Counted from the first letter of the stretch, positions 1-8,937 are shown. The stretch: 40,927 nucleotides of DNA from Gammaproteobacteria bacterium (GCA_023265895.1 JAHFSE010000011.1:1-40927), one strand, 5' to 3'. Notes: generated by a model from the letters alone, not told the origin. Translations and numbers: made by a program.

Positions 1-1
1 A

Positions 2-460
2 CTAAAAGATCGCCCTATTCAAAGTCGCGTGCTCATTTTACTGACAGATGGCAGCAATACAGCTGGCGCCATTGCACCCTTGCAAGCAGCTCAACTCGCT
101 GCGAAACAAAAATTGAAAATTTATACCATTGGTGTGGGCGCACGTACAGCGACCATTCCCGGACTTTTTGGTTTCGGTGCGCAAACCGTGTCAACCTCTG
201 ACTTAGATGAAGAAACGCTCACACGCATTGCACAGCAAACAGGTGGACGTTATTTCCGCGCCGATAATACGGAAACTTTAAAACAAATCTATCAACAATT
301 AGATCAGTTAGAACCCTCTCAAGCAGCCAAAATTCTGTATCGTCCAAGAACCACCTTATTTTATTGGCCGCTGGCGTTAGCTTTTATTTTAAGTCTAGCC
401 ATGAGCGTCTATTGGCTCAAACCCGTTAGCTTTTTTTCTATAAATTTTTGGCGCAGGTGA
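2..460 (+). CDS. batA: VWA-domain protein, BatA-like (5'-partial, runs off window start)
   Basis: Frame is open from the window edge (no upstream stop; the track start GTG 29 is an artefact). The translation LILLTDGSNTAG...IYTIGVGA...GGRYFRADN is the C-terminal half of a von Willebrand A domain and is followed by a hydrophobic C-terminal helix. Stop TGA 458-460 overlaps the next start. Confidence 0.75.
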   Translation, partial: LKDRPIQSRVLILLTDGSNTAGAIAPLQAAQLAAKQKLKIYTIGVGARTATIPGLFGFGAQTVSTSDLDEETLTRIAQQTGGRYFRADNTETLKQIYQQLDQLEPSQAAKILYRPRTTLFYWPLALAFILSLAMSVYWLKPVSFFSINFWRR

Positions 461-2247
461 TGATGCTTACTCTATTCAACCAATTTCATTTTCTACGTCC
501 ACTGTGGTTTTTAGCCTTATTACCGACGGCTTGGCTACTTTATCAAATATATTGTTTCCGTCATTCTAAAAATTCCTGGCAAAAAATTATTGCGCCTCAC
601 TTACTGAAGGTGTTAGTCACTCAAGCTCAAACAAAATCCTCTAGCCGCACACTCTATTGGGCATTAATGACTGGCTGGATCTTAGCAATCATCGCCTTAG
701 CGAGCCCAACCTATCAACAATGGCCGGTGCCCATTGAAAAAAAATCCGATGCACTCATTATTTTGTTAGATTTATCACCCTCAATGAATACACAAGATTT
801 AAAGCCCTCACGATTAATCCGCGCAAAATATAAATTACAGGACATTTTACAGCAACGCCAAGAAGGTTTAACCGCGCTCATTGCTTATGCCGGTGATGCT
901 CACATAGTCACACCTCTCACCGAAGATACTCAAACTATTTTAGCCCTATTACCTGCATTAGCACCAGAAACCATGCCTATTCCTGGCAACGATTTGAACT
1001 CAGCATTAACCTTAGCCACACAATTACTCGTACAAACTGGCTATAAAAAAGGACATATTTTACTGATCAGTGATGGAATTGCGCCCCAACAACAGGCCAT
1101 GTTAGACCGCACCATCACGCAACTTAAATCAACACCTAAAGTTACTTTATCGACGTTAGGCATTGGTACACAAGAAGGTGCGCCCATTCCTCTAGTCGAT
1201 GGCAGTTTCTTAAAAGATGCCGCTGGCAGCATTGTGATTCCACGTTTTAATTCACAACCACTGCAACATCTAACACAACAACTCAATGGACGCTATGCAG
1301 ATATGCAAACAAGCGATCAAGACATTCAAGCTTTGCTCCCCACACCCTCAAGATTTTCAACCACTACAGAAAAAACTCAAAAATCCTTCGATCAATGGCA
1401 AGAATTAGGTCATCTCTTGGTTTGGTTTTTACTCCCTATTGCCGCTTTGGCTTTTCGCCGAGGTTGGTTACCACCCATGATTGTTATTTTTTTCATCAGT
1501 ATAATACCCCATCCCGCCCATGCAGCATTTTGGCAAAATGCTTGGCAAACGCCAGACCAAAAAGGACAAACAGAACTCAATAAAAATAATCCAGCACAGG
1601 CAGAAAAATTATTTCAACAATCTCAATGGCGCGGCGTTGCCCAGTATCGTCAAGGTCACTACCCACAAGCCTTAGCAAATTTTTCTGAAAAAACAGATAG
1701 CCACAGTTGGTATAATCGCGGCAATACGCTCGCACATCTGGGTCGCTACCAAGAAGCTATTCAAGCTTATCAACAAGCCCTAAAACAAAATCCACAGATG
1801 TCGGACGCGCGATGGAATCAATCGCTGGTCAAAAAATTATTAGCGCAGCAAAAATTACAACCACAAACCAAGTCGCAGTCGCAGTCGCAGTCGCAGTCGC
1901 AGTCGCAGTCGCAGTCGCAGTCGCAGTCGCAGTCGCAGTCAAAGAAAACAACGTCATCGACATCGACTCAATCCGCATCTAAAGGCGCTACCGAAAAAAC
2001 AAACAAACCCATGGATAAGACGCAGTTATCTAAAACAGTATCCAGCCAAAGCAAACCATCCACTGACTTAAAATCTAACAACACAGCTGAGTTTAATGCA
2101 CAACAAAACTCCTCTCTTAAAGAGGATGCATTAGAACAATGGTTAAAACAAATCCCAGATGATCCCAGTGGTTTATTGCGTAAAAAGTTTTTGCTGCAGT
2201 CCAATCAATCACCCCATAAACCTGCTTCATCTACCACCGATTGGTAA
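460..2247 (+). CDS. batB: VWA + TPR fusion protein (BatB/BatC-like) with (SQ)11 and a Ser/Thr/Lys-rich tail
   Basis: Track ORF is 448-2247 (TTG). ATG 460 overlaps the upstream stop as TGATG and is preferred. N-terminal TM helices; MIDAS-type DxSxS motif in ILLDLSPSMN; second TM pair; TPR-like YNRGNTLAHLGRYQEAIQAYQQALKQNP. Confidence 0.75.
   Translation: MMLTLFNQFHFLRPLWFLALLPTAWLLYQIYCFRHSKNSWQKIIAPHLLKVLVTQAQTKSSSRTLYWALMTGWILAIIALASPTYQQWPVPIEKKSDALIILLDLSPSMNTQDLKPSRLIRAKYKLQDILQQRQEGLTALIAYAGDAHIVTPLTEDTQTILALLPALAPETMPIPGNDLNSALTLATQLLVQTGYKKGHILLISDGIAPQQQAMLDRTITQLKSTPKVTLSTLGIGTQEGAPIPLVDGSFLKDAAGSIVIPRFNSQPLQHLTQQLNGRYADMQTSDQDIQALLPTPSRFSTTTEKTQKSFDQWQELGHLLVWFLLPIAALAFRRGWLPPMIVIFFISIIPHPAHAAFWQNAWQTPDQKGQTELNKNNPAQAEKLFQQSQWRGVAQYRQGHYPQALANFSEKTDSHSWYNRGNTLAHLGRYQEAIQAYQQALKQNPQMSDARWNQSLVKKLLAQQKLQPQTKSQSQSQSQSQSQSQSQSQSQSQSKKTTSSTSTQSASKGATEKTNKPMDKTQLSKTVSSQSKPSTDLKSNNTAEFNAQQNSSLKEDALEQWLKQIPDDPSGLLRKKFLLQSNQSPHKPASSTTDW
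1873..1938 (+). repeat. perfect hexanucleotide microsatellite (TCGCAG)x11, in frame = (SQ)11
   Basis: Counted directly: 11 uninterrupted TCGCAG units from 1873 to 1938, inside the batB-like CDS. Confidence 0.98.
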
Positions 2248-2261
2248 TTGAGGATGTGACG

Positions 2262-4001
2262 ATGAAAAAACTAACAAACGCCTTCATGAGATATAGTTTC
2301 ATATTGACTCTGTGGATTGGGTGCACTATGGCCCATGGCGCCCTCACGGCTCAAGTCAACCGTACTCAACTAAATACACAGGAAACATTGACCTATACCT
2401 TGACTTTGGATCAACAAGGCGTCTCACGTGAACCTAATTTTTCTCTACTCACACAAAATTTTTCCATTATGGCAAAGGAACAATCCAGTAATATTAATGT
2501 CCTGAATGGACAAATGAATGCACAAACAAGCTGGACTTTAGAATTAGCGCCCAAACATGCAGGAAAATTTATTTTACCTGCTATTTTATTGGGTGGGCAA
2601 AGCAGTCAACCGATAGAAGTCAATGTCACCGATGGAAATGCTCGTCAAACGACAACAGCATCACAACAAGCGCCGATATCCATTGTATTAACAGCGAATA
2701 AAACTTCAGCCTATTTACAAGAACAAATTATTTTGACGTTACGCGTTTATCATCAAGTGAATATTATCGATGGCACATTGAGTGATCTGACTGCAAACAA
2801 TGCCACAATTAAATCCTTGGGTAATAAAAAAACTTACACCACTGAAATTCATCACGTTATGTATAAAGTGATTGAACAACAATATAGTGTTTTTGCACAA
2901 CAAGCAGGTAAACAAACAATCTCACCGGTTTTGCTTGACGCAATTATTGAACAACCCACACAACAAACTTTTTTTCTGTCTTCTTTTAATCAAAATACTC
3001 AACAAAGAATTCAATTACGCTCGAATGCCATTCAATTAACCATTAAACCTAAACCAGCACAGTATCCTGCCAACGCACTTTGGTTGCCTACCACACAATT
3101 ACAAACTCATGTGAGTTGGAATCCATCGCAAAATTCAATGAAATTAGGCGATCCCATCACGCAAGTCATTACCCTCACAGCTCAAGGATTACCCGCTAAT
3201 CGTTTACCAGATCTACAACCGATCACACCTATCGGAATGAAAAATTATCCAGACCAACCACAACTGCAAGATACAACTACTGATCAAGGGATTACCGGAC
3301 AAAAAACTCAGTCTATTGCCTGGCTATCGACGCAAAGTGGTCATTTTCAATTACCCAGCCAACGCATTTATTGGTGGAATACGAATAAAGATGAGTTGGC
3401 GATGAACGACATTCCAGGACGACAAATGGATGTGATACAAACACCCGGCACATCGACGCCAATAGCATCATCAAATACGAGAGCATCGTTCAGTAATAAA
3501 ATTCCCAGAAATACTCAATTACCACCCAGGGTATTTAAGCAGAATAATATCGTCACTCATCTTGTCTGGTGGGAAATTCTGGCAGCGAGTTTAAGTGGTA
3601 TTATTTTCTTATTATTGATAGGCCTCTGGTATTTAAGACGCCAAATAAAAAAATTAAAGCGTATCACTCAGACTTCAATAAATGAACATGAAAAAATATT
3701 GCGACCAGATTTAAATAGGCTGTTTAAATCTGCCTTACAGGCGTGTGAACAGTCGGATCCTAAAATAGCAAAAAAAGCAGTGGATGCCTGGTATCTAATT
3801 TTTGCGCAAACTCATTCACCTTCACAAGCAGCTTTATCTCATTTTGAGCAAGCGATGCATCAGCTTAATGCGCATTTGTATGGATATGAATCTACTGTAT
3901 GGTCTGGCGCAGAATTAAAACAATCGATTTTAATACTGGAAAAATCATCGATGAACTCAGACAATAAAACCACTGATGCATTAGCACCGCTTTATCCCTA
4001 A
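2262..4001 (+). CDS. batD: BatD-like oxygen-tolerance protein
   Basis: Track ORF is 2241-4001. SD GAGGA 2250-2254 followed by ATG 2262 gives the signal peptide MKKLTNAFMRYSFILTLWIGCTMAHG. Large extracytoplasmic part, then a single TM (WWEILAASLSGIIFLLLIGLWYL). The call rests on size, architecture and position after batA/batB. Confidence 0.6.
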   Translation: MKKLTNAFMRYSFILTLWIGCTMAHGALTAQVNRTQLNTQETLTYTLTLDQQGVSREPNFSLLTQNFSIMAKEQSSNINVLNGQMNAQTSWTLELAPKHAGKFILPAILLGGQSSQPIEVNVTDGNARQTTTASQQAPISIVLTANKTSAYLQEQIILTLRVYHQVNIIDGTLSDLTANNATIKSLGNKKTYTTEIHHVMYKVIEQQYSVFAQQAGKQTISPVLLDAIIEQPTQQTFFLSSFNQNTQQRIQLRSNAIQLTIKPKPAQYPANALWLPTTQLQTHVSWNPSQNSMKLGDPITQVITLTAQGLPANRLPDLQPITPIGMKNYPDQPQLQDTTTDQGITGQKTQSIAWLSTQSGHFQLPSQRIYWWNTNKDELAMNDIPGRQMDVIQTPGTSTPIASSNTRASFSNKIPRNTQLPPRVFKQNNIVTHLVWWEILAASLSGIIFLLLIGLWYLRRQIKKLKRITQTSINEHEKILRPDLNRLFKSALQACEQSDPKIAKKAVDAWYLIFAQTHSPSQAALSHFEQAMHQLNAHLYGYESTVWSGAELKQSILILEKSSMNSDNKTTDALAPLYP

Positions 4002-4010
4002 AGGACTTTT

Positions 4011-4502
4011 ATGATCACTCAAACTGAATTATGCCCTTGCTGTAGTCAAAAAAACTTTGCGCACTGTTGTCAACCATTATTACAAGGCCAACCCGCAACC
4101 AGCGCTGAACAATTGATGCGCTCTCGCTACACGGCCTATTGTGTAGGTGATCAAGCTTATTTAACCCGTTCGGAATGCCAAGCATCAGCAAATGAAACAA
4201 ACATACCCAATCATGAATGGATAAGTTTACAAATATTAGCAACCCATAAAGGTTCTGCGAAAGATAAACAAGGCATGGTGGAGTTTGTCGCTTTTTATCA
4301 AGGAGATCACCACCATCATCACCATGATGGTGAATGTTGCGATACAGATCCGCAGCAATTACATGAGCGGGCCTATTTTATTCAAAAAGACGGACATTGG
4401 TATTATCAATCCGGCGAATTATTACCTGCCATTAAAATAGGCCGTAATCAATTTTGTTGGTGTGGCAGTCAAAAGAAATTTAAACAGTGCCATGGTCGTT
4501 AA
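4011..4502 (+). CDS. ychJ: YchJ-family (UPF0225) protein with N- and C-terminal SEC-C zinc-binding motifs
   Basis: CPCCSQKNFAHCC at the N-terminus, CWCGSQKKFKQCHG at the C-terminus, central RSRYTAY signature. Confidence 0.8.
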   Translation: MITQTELCPCCSQKNFAHCCQPLLQGQPATSAEQLMRSRYTAYCVGDQAYLTRSECQASANETNIPNHEWISLQILATHKGSAKDKQGMVEFVAFYQGDHHHHHHDGECCDTDPQQLHERAYFIQKDGHWYYQSGELLPAIKIGRNQFCWCGSQKKFKQCHGR

Positions 4503-4540
4503 AATTGACTAGACTGCCTTCGAAAGCGGTTTATGACTGC

Positions 4541-4882
4541 TCAATTCTGAATTGGATTAACAAGATAAAAAGGTTCGGAATCTCCAGCATCCATACGAGT
4601 GATGGGAACTGTAACACGCACCCTGAAAGGCATTCGACGACAAAAGTCGCTGCGGGTTCTGACAAGGGTCAAACGATGGTCACGGATTTCTGCACGAAAA
4701 TGTTTCGCTTGGGTACAACCATGACTTTCAACACCAAACTGCACGCCCGCTGAGGTAATTTCCACCTGACCTAACAAACGCAATGACTTGGACGCATCAA
4801 GCCCAGCCATTGCGACCACACTGAATAAAAGCAGAAAGCTACTGAACAATAACACTGAAATTCGACCCAGCCTACCCATCAT
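4541..4882 (-). CDS. small secreted hypothetical protein, translationally coupled to the upstream protease gene
   Basis: ATGA start/stop overlap at 4879-4882. N-terminal hydrophobic signal-like segment ISVLLFSSFLLLFSVVAMA. Two Cys residues. No family recognised. Confidence 0.5.
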   Translation of the reverse strand: MMGRLGRISVLLFSSFLLLFSVVAMAGLDASKSLRLLGQVEITSAGVQFGVESHGCTQAKHFRAEIRDHRLTLVRTRSDFCRRMPFRVRVTVPITRMDAGDSEPFYLVNPIQN

Positions 4883-6531
4883 TCTGTTTTAGCCATGATA
4901 ACAATCCGACGTCTAACCACCCAAAAAGCTAACAAGCCCATGAGATAGACGCCCGTTAAAGCACCTACACCTGATGAGTCCGCGGAACCATCGGTGAGTT
5001 TGTAGCTTAACCCATCTAACCAAACAGTACTCTTTGTACTCGCAGAAGCATCTGCATTAATCAATCGCCATACTAAAGTGTATCTTTGCACCTCAGGCAA
5101 TAGCACTGATTTTTTTTCCCAGAGTTGATTAGGTGTTAAATATTCAATGGAAACTTGCTGCCCACTTTCATCAAATATCTGCAAGCTAAGCCGATCATCG
5201 TTTTTAAGTTCGCCCATCAAACGATAAGAAAATCGACCAATGCCCGTCTGATAAGTCATCAAAGTTGATTCGTTGGTTGCAGCGCCATTTTGCACTGAAC
5301 CGTCATAATCTGAGGAAATTTCATTATCTAAATGCCAAATGGCATCACCACCGGAAAACCAAGGAAGACCCAAATCATCTATGCTACCGCTCAAATTGAT
5401 GCTCGGTACAACATGAGCATTAACTGTATAAATCACACTCGTGTCAGGATCTGTCGTTGCTAGGGTAATTTGCCCTGTTAAATCACTGCCACCTAGCGCA
5501 GAAACAGAACACACGGTATTAGGACAATTAGAAAAAGCTAAAGAGATACCAAAAGAACAACTGGCACCCGAAGCCAATGATTGACCAGAACAAGTATTGC
5601 CGAAAGTTGTTGCGGCGCCACTTAAATCATCCGTCAAGGTGGTAAAAGTAATCGTACTGTTTGATGGATTGGTAAAAGTGATTGTGCGAGTGAAGATATG
5701 ATTATTACTAAGTTCGCCAAAATCCAGCGTTCGTTGCCACCCTTCCGTGGTCAAACGAATAAATTCTGCATAAGCATCTGGACGGGTATAAACGCTCGCA
5801 TCACCATCGGCACAAGTACTTGAAGCACCAAAACTGACAATCCCTAATTGCTGCACGCGACCATTGATTGTTTGAAATAAAGGCCCGCCACTATCACCAA
5901 AACAAGAATCCGTTGATCCACCCCCAGCACACACCACATTGGAAGGTAATGTCAAATCCTTACTCGCATAGACAGCTGTACAAGTTTGTTGATCCACCAA
6001 GGGTACTGATGCTTCTTGCAGTTGAGTGGCAGGAGATAAGGCGCTATTGGAAGTAAGCCCCCAGCCGATCACTTTCAGGCTTGCACCTGACGTTAAAGCA
6101 TCGACGTTAGTTGAAGACATCAAGGTCACAGGTGTGAGACTGACGGCATCAGCGAAATGCAGCAATGCAATATCAGCAGTTAAGGTATCCGCATTGTAAC
6201 TGGGATGAATGACGACCTGATCCGGTATTCGAGTCACAGCATCTGTCGCATTAGCACGATCAGCAACGCCCATTTGTACTTGATATCGACCCGGATGGGG
6301 ATCACTCTCCACGCAATGCGCCGCAGTTAATACCCAGTGTGAATCGATTAATGAACCGCCACAAATAAACGATTGATCATGAGAAATGGCAACCATCCAA
6401 GGATAAGCATTGGCATTAGCCGCTGTCCCTCCAATAATTCGCGCAGCTGGTGTCGCTGCTTGGACAAAGGAACAACATAAACTCATTACCAACCAAAGCA
6501 AAATACAGCTCTTTTTCGCTTTTGTTTTCAT
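4879..6531 (-). CDS. secreted trypsin-like S1 serine protease (VesB-like) with C-terminal beta-sandwich domains and a hydrophobic/basic sorting tail
   Basis: Signal peptide, then an R|IIGG activation site. Catalytic motifs LTAAHC, DIALL and GDSGGP. Asp at the S1 pocket (TDSCFGDSGGP) indicates Arg/Lys specificity. About 270 aa of extra domains follow. The tail is SGVGALTGVYLMGLLAFWVVRRR. Confidence 0.9.
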   Translation of the reverse strand: MKTKAKKSCILLWLVMSLCCSFVQAATPAARIIGGTAANANAYPWMVAISHDQSFICGGSLIDSHWVLTAAHCVESDPHPGRYQVQMGVADRANATDAVTRIPDQVVIHPSYNADTLTADIALLHFADAVSLTPVTLMSSTNVDALTSGASLKVIGWGLTSNSALSPATQLQEASVPLVDQQTCTAVYASKDLTLPSNVVCAGGGSTDSCFGDSGGPLFQTINGRVQQLGIVSFGASSTCADGDASVYTRPDAYAEFIRLTTEGWQRTLDFGELSNNHIFTRTITFTNPSNSTITFTTLTDDLSGAATTFGNTCSGQSLASGASCSFGISLAFSNCPNTVCSVSALGGSDLTGQITLATTDPDTSVIYTVNAHVVPSINLSGSIDDLGLPWFSGGDAIWHLDNEISSDYDGSVQNGAATNESTLMTYQTGIGRFSYRLMGELKNDDRLSLQIFDESGQQVSIEYLTPNQLWEKKSVLLPEVQRYTLVWRLINADASASTKSTVWLDGLSYKLTDGSADSSGVGALTGVYLMGLLAFWVVRRRIVIMAKTE

Positions 6532-7133
6532 GATAAATCCTCAGCCTCGGTTACCAGTAAGTCCTTTGTAAGAATAGTATTTTCAGTAACCAGACGCTCC
6601 TCTACAAAAACACTGTGATACGGCACTCGCCAATAGGCGCCCTTGCAAGTCACCGTTGCCGTACGCTCATTCAAGCGAACAACTTTTCCATGTTGTTTCT
6701 GTTGATGATCAGAAAACCACACAGCATCGCCGACAGAAACGCTGGGGACGCTAGGTTTTGGCGTGGACGAAGAGGCACGTGACAAGCTCGAGGTCGCGAC
6801 TGAGTTTGCCGTCGCAGACGTATGAATTTGATAAGGGGTGCGTCTTTGGTAATCGGTATCTATGGCGCAGTAGGGAATGCTCCATTTTTTTCCCGACTCC
6901 CTATCTTCAACTACAGCACGGCTACGTAGAAACTTAACCAGCGTTGCTTTTAATGCGCGATCTTGCTCTGGAACATAGTAAGTCACCTGTTGACCGATGC
7001 GCAGATGCCGCTTAACCCCTAACACGCGTTCTGGCGATTCCAATTGACGCCCTAATGAAGACACCAAACGGAACACGTCATAACTAGACCAGTGGGCAAT
7101 TTCCTTGAGCACATCGATGGTGTGAGCAACCAT
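6528..7133 (-). CDS. hypothetical cytoplasmic protein with two SH3/KOW-like repeats
   Basis: SD GGAGG lies 8 nt upstream of ATG 7133. The stop overlaps the protease ATG (ATGA 6528-6531). No signal peptide. The internal duplication is described in findings. Confidence 0.6.
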   Translation of the reverse strand: MVAHTIDVLKEIAHWSSYDVFRLVSSLGRQLESPERVLGVKRHLRIGQQVTYYVPEQDRALKATLVKFLRSRAVVEDRESGKKWSIPYCAIDTDYQRRTPYQIHTSATANSVATSSLSRASSSTPKPSVPSVSVGDAVWFSDHQQKQHGKVVRLNERTATVTCKGAYWRVPYHSVFVEERLVTENTILTKDLLVTEAEDLS

Positions 7134-7208
7134 GATTTATCCCTCCTCACCGCTAACCTGCAATAACGCAACATCGCGCTATTTTCCACTCTTTGTATAC
7201 AGGTTAGA

Positions 7209-7547
7209 TTATTTTAAGCCGCTGTCACCTGACGGCCCGGGAGGGAATCCAGGAAAGTGTGCTATTTTACCGCTGGTTTCTCTCACCTTAGCGACACCTT
7301 CTTTTTCCACTTCATCAATACGTACAATGGAATGAATCGGAATATAGCTACGAGGCACACCAGAAAATTCACTTTTTAATTTTTCTTCTCCAGGATCCAC
7401 GACCAATTGCGAACGCTCACCAAACAACAAGCCCTCAATTTCGATAAAACCGTATAAATCACTTTGATAAATTTCTTGCGCATATAACTCATAAATTTGT
7501 GTTTGATTCACAAAAACGACGCGGTAAACCTGTTGTTTTTTAGCCAT
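7209..7547 (-). CDS. DUF1820-family protein
   Basis: YRVVFVNQTQIYELYAQEIYQSDLYGFIEIEGLLFGERSQLVVDPGEEKLKSEF...IPIHSIVRIDEV matches my memory of the conserved DUF1820 core of gammaproteobacteria. Not verified by search. Confidence 0.6.
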   Translation of the reverse strand: MAKKQQVYRVVFVNQTQIYELYAQEIYQSDLYGFIEIEGLLFGERSQLVVDPGEEKLKSEFSGVPRSYIPIHSIVRIDEVEKEGVAKVRETSGKIAHFPGFPPGPSGDSGLK

Positions 7548-7734
7548 GTTCTCAACCTATTTTGAATATCTACTCGAACCCTGATAAAAAGACTCGAGGA
7601 CTGTGCCAGCGCAGAGATGGAAACTCAAGACTTTTCCGTGCGATAGAGCTAGACAATCTCCCAATGACTCAATAAAGTAGCGCCTCTTAAAATCCCCAGT
7701 ACTCTCTGTTTTATAACCCCAGGAGAATGCGCGC

Positions 7735-8937
7735 ATGCGATTAGGGTCGAAATGCCTTCAACTACTCTCTTTACTTGCGATCAGCAGCTTTGCGTTTGCT
7801 CAAACTCAATTTGATATGACACCCGGTGTGACGAATATCAGCCATGAAATTTATGGGCTACATCGATTGATGTTCAACTGGTGTATTGGTATTGGTGTGG
7901 TGGTGTTTGGCGTGATGTTTTACTCCATCCTCAGACATCGCAAGTCTGTGGGTCATCAAGCAGCACACTTTCATGAAAGTACGCTGGTCGAAATTATTTG
8001 GACCATTATTCCCTTCGTGATTTTAATTGGCATGGCCATTCCCGCGACCAAAACCCTAATCGCAATGAACGATACCTCTAAATCAGCATTAACCATTAAA
8101 ATTACCGGGTCTCAATGGAAATGGCACTACGACTATCTCGAATACAATGACAACAATAAAGTGAATGTAGGTTTCCTCAGTCAACTATCCACTCCTCGCA
8201 ATCAAATTGAAGTTCCTATTAGAAAAGCCGGTCTATTCCCTAGCGGCATTGGCGCCCATACGGAAAATACCGCCGCACCGCAAAAAGACGCTCATTATCT
8301 GCTTGAAGTCGATCGTCCACTGGTACTGCCCACCGGCAAAAAAATTCGTTTTTTAATTACATCGGACGATGTTATCCACTCTTGGTGGGTACCTGCACTG
8401 GCTATCAAGCGCGATGCAGTGCCTGGCTTTGTCAATGAAGTATGGGCGCTTATTCCAGCCGGGAAAGAAGGCACCTATCGCGGCCAATGTGCTGAGTTAT
8501 GCGGTAAAGATCACGGATTTATGCCGATTGTCATAGAAGCAAAAAGTGAAACAGATTTTGCGCAGTGGTTAAAAGATCAAGAAGCGATAGCACAGCATGA
8601 GGCAGCAGAAGCAGCCAATTCCGTCACCGCCAAATTTAGCAAAGAAGAATTGATGGAAGAAGGTCAGGAAAACTATCTGGCTAATTGCGCCATGTGTCAT
8701 CAACCTGGCGGTACCGGATTACCCCCAGCGATTCCAGCGCTGTCAGGCAGTAAAATTGCTAATGGCCCTGTCGCCCTCCATATTGAAACGGTACTCAATG
8801 GTCGTAACCAAATGCCTAAATTTAAGGGCGTCCTATCACCGAAGGTGTTAGCTTCCATCATTACCTATGAACGTAATGCTTGGGCGAATCACACCGGTGA
8901 TCTAGTACAACCCAGCGACATAGTGAACAACAAGTAA
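7735..8937 (+). CDS. coxB: cytochrome c oxidase subunit II with fused C-terminal cytochrome c domain (caa3-type)
   Basis: Signal peptide plus 2 TM. CuA site HSWWVPALAIKRDAVPG...CAELCGKDHGFM. C-terminal CAMCH haem c motif. SD AGGAGA upstream. Confidence 0.95.
   Translation: MRLGSKCLQLLSLLAISSFAFAQTQFDMTPGVTNISHEIYGLHRLMFNWCIGIGVVVFGVMFYSILRHRKSVGHQAAHFHESTLVEIIWTIIPFVILIGMAIPATKTLIAMNDTSKSALTIKITGSQWKWHYDYLEYNDNNKVNVGFLSQLSTPRNQIEVPIRKAGLFPSGIGAHTENTAAPQKDAHYLLEVDRPLVLPTGKKIRFLITSDDVIHSWWVPALAIKRDAVPGFVNEVWALIPAGKEGTYRGQCAELCGKDHGFMPIVIEAKSETDFAQWLKDQEAIAQHEAAEAANSVTAKFSKEELMEEGQENYLANCAMCHQPGGTGLPPAIPALSGSKIANGPVALHIETVLNGRNQMPKFKGVLSPKVLASIITYERNAWANHTGDLVQPSDIVNNK

Noticed and set aside
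1041-2204. ORFs overlapping batB: minus-strand 1041-1286 and 1968-2204, and + strand alternate-frame 1395-1583. Similar overlapping ORFs lie in the cox genes (10117-10332, 10732-11104, 11333-11830, 12125-12358), in the esterase, kinase, recJ, thrC, TRAP and Mo-enzyme genes, at 7132-7335 (overlapping the 201-aa gene start and the DUF1820 gene), and over the two Bor-like genes (17768-18049, 18050-18349, 18231-18437)
   Set aside because: Each is nested in, or overlaps, a longer ORF with clear family motifs. They have no SD and their composition is not protein-like.
4487-4753. 88-aa + strand ORF overlapping the ychJ stop and the minus-strand 113-aa ORF
   Set aside because: It starts inside ychJ and has no SD. 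The product is not protein-like. The opposite-strand ORF has a signal peptide and an ATGA coupling to the protease gene.
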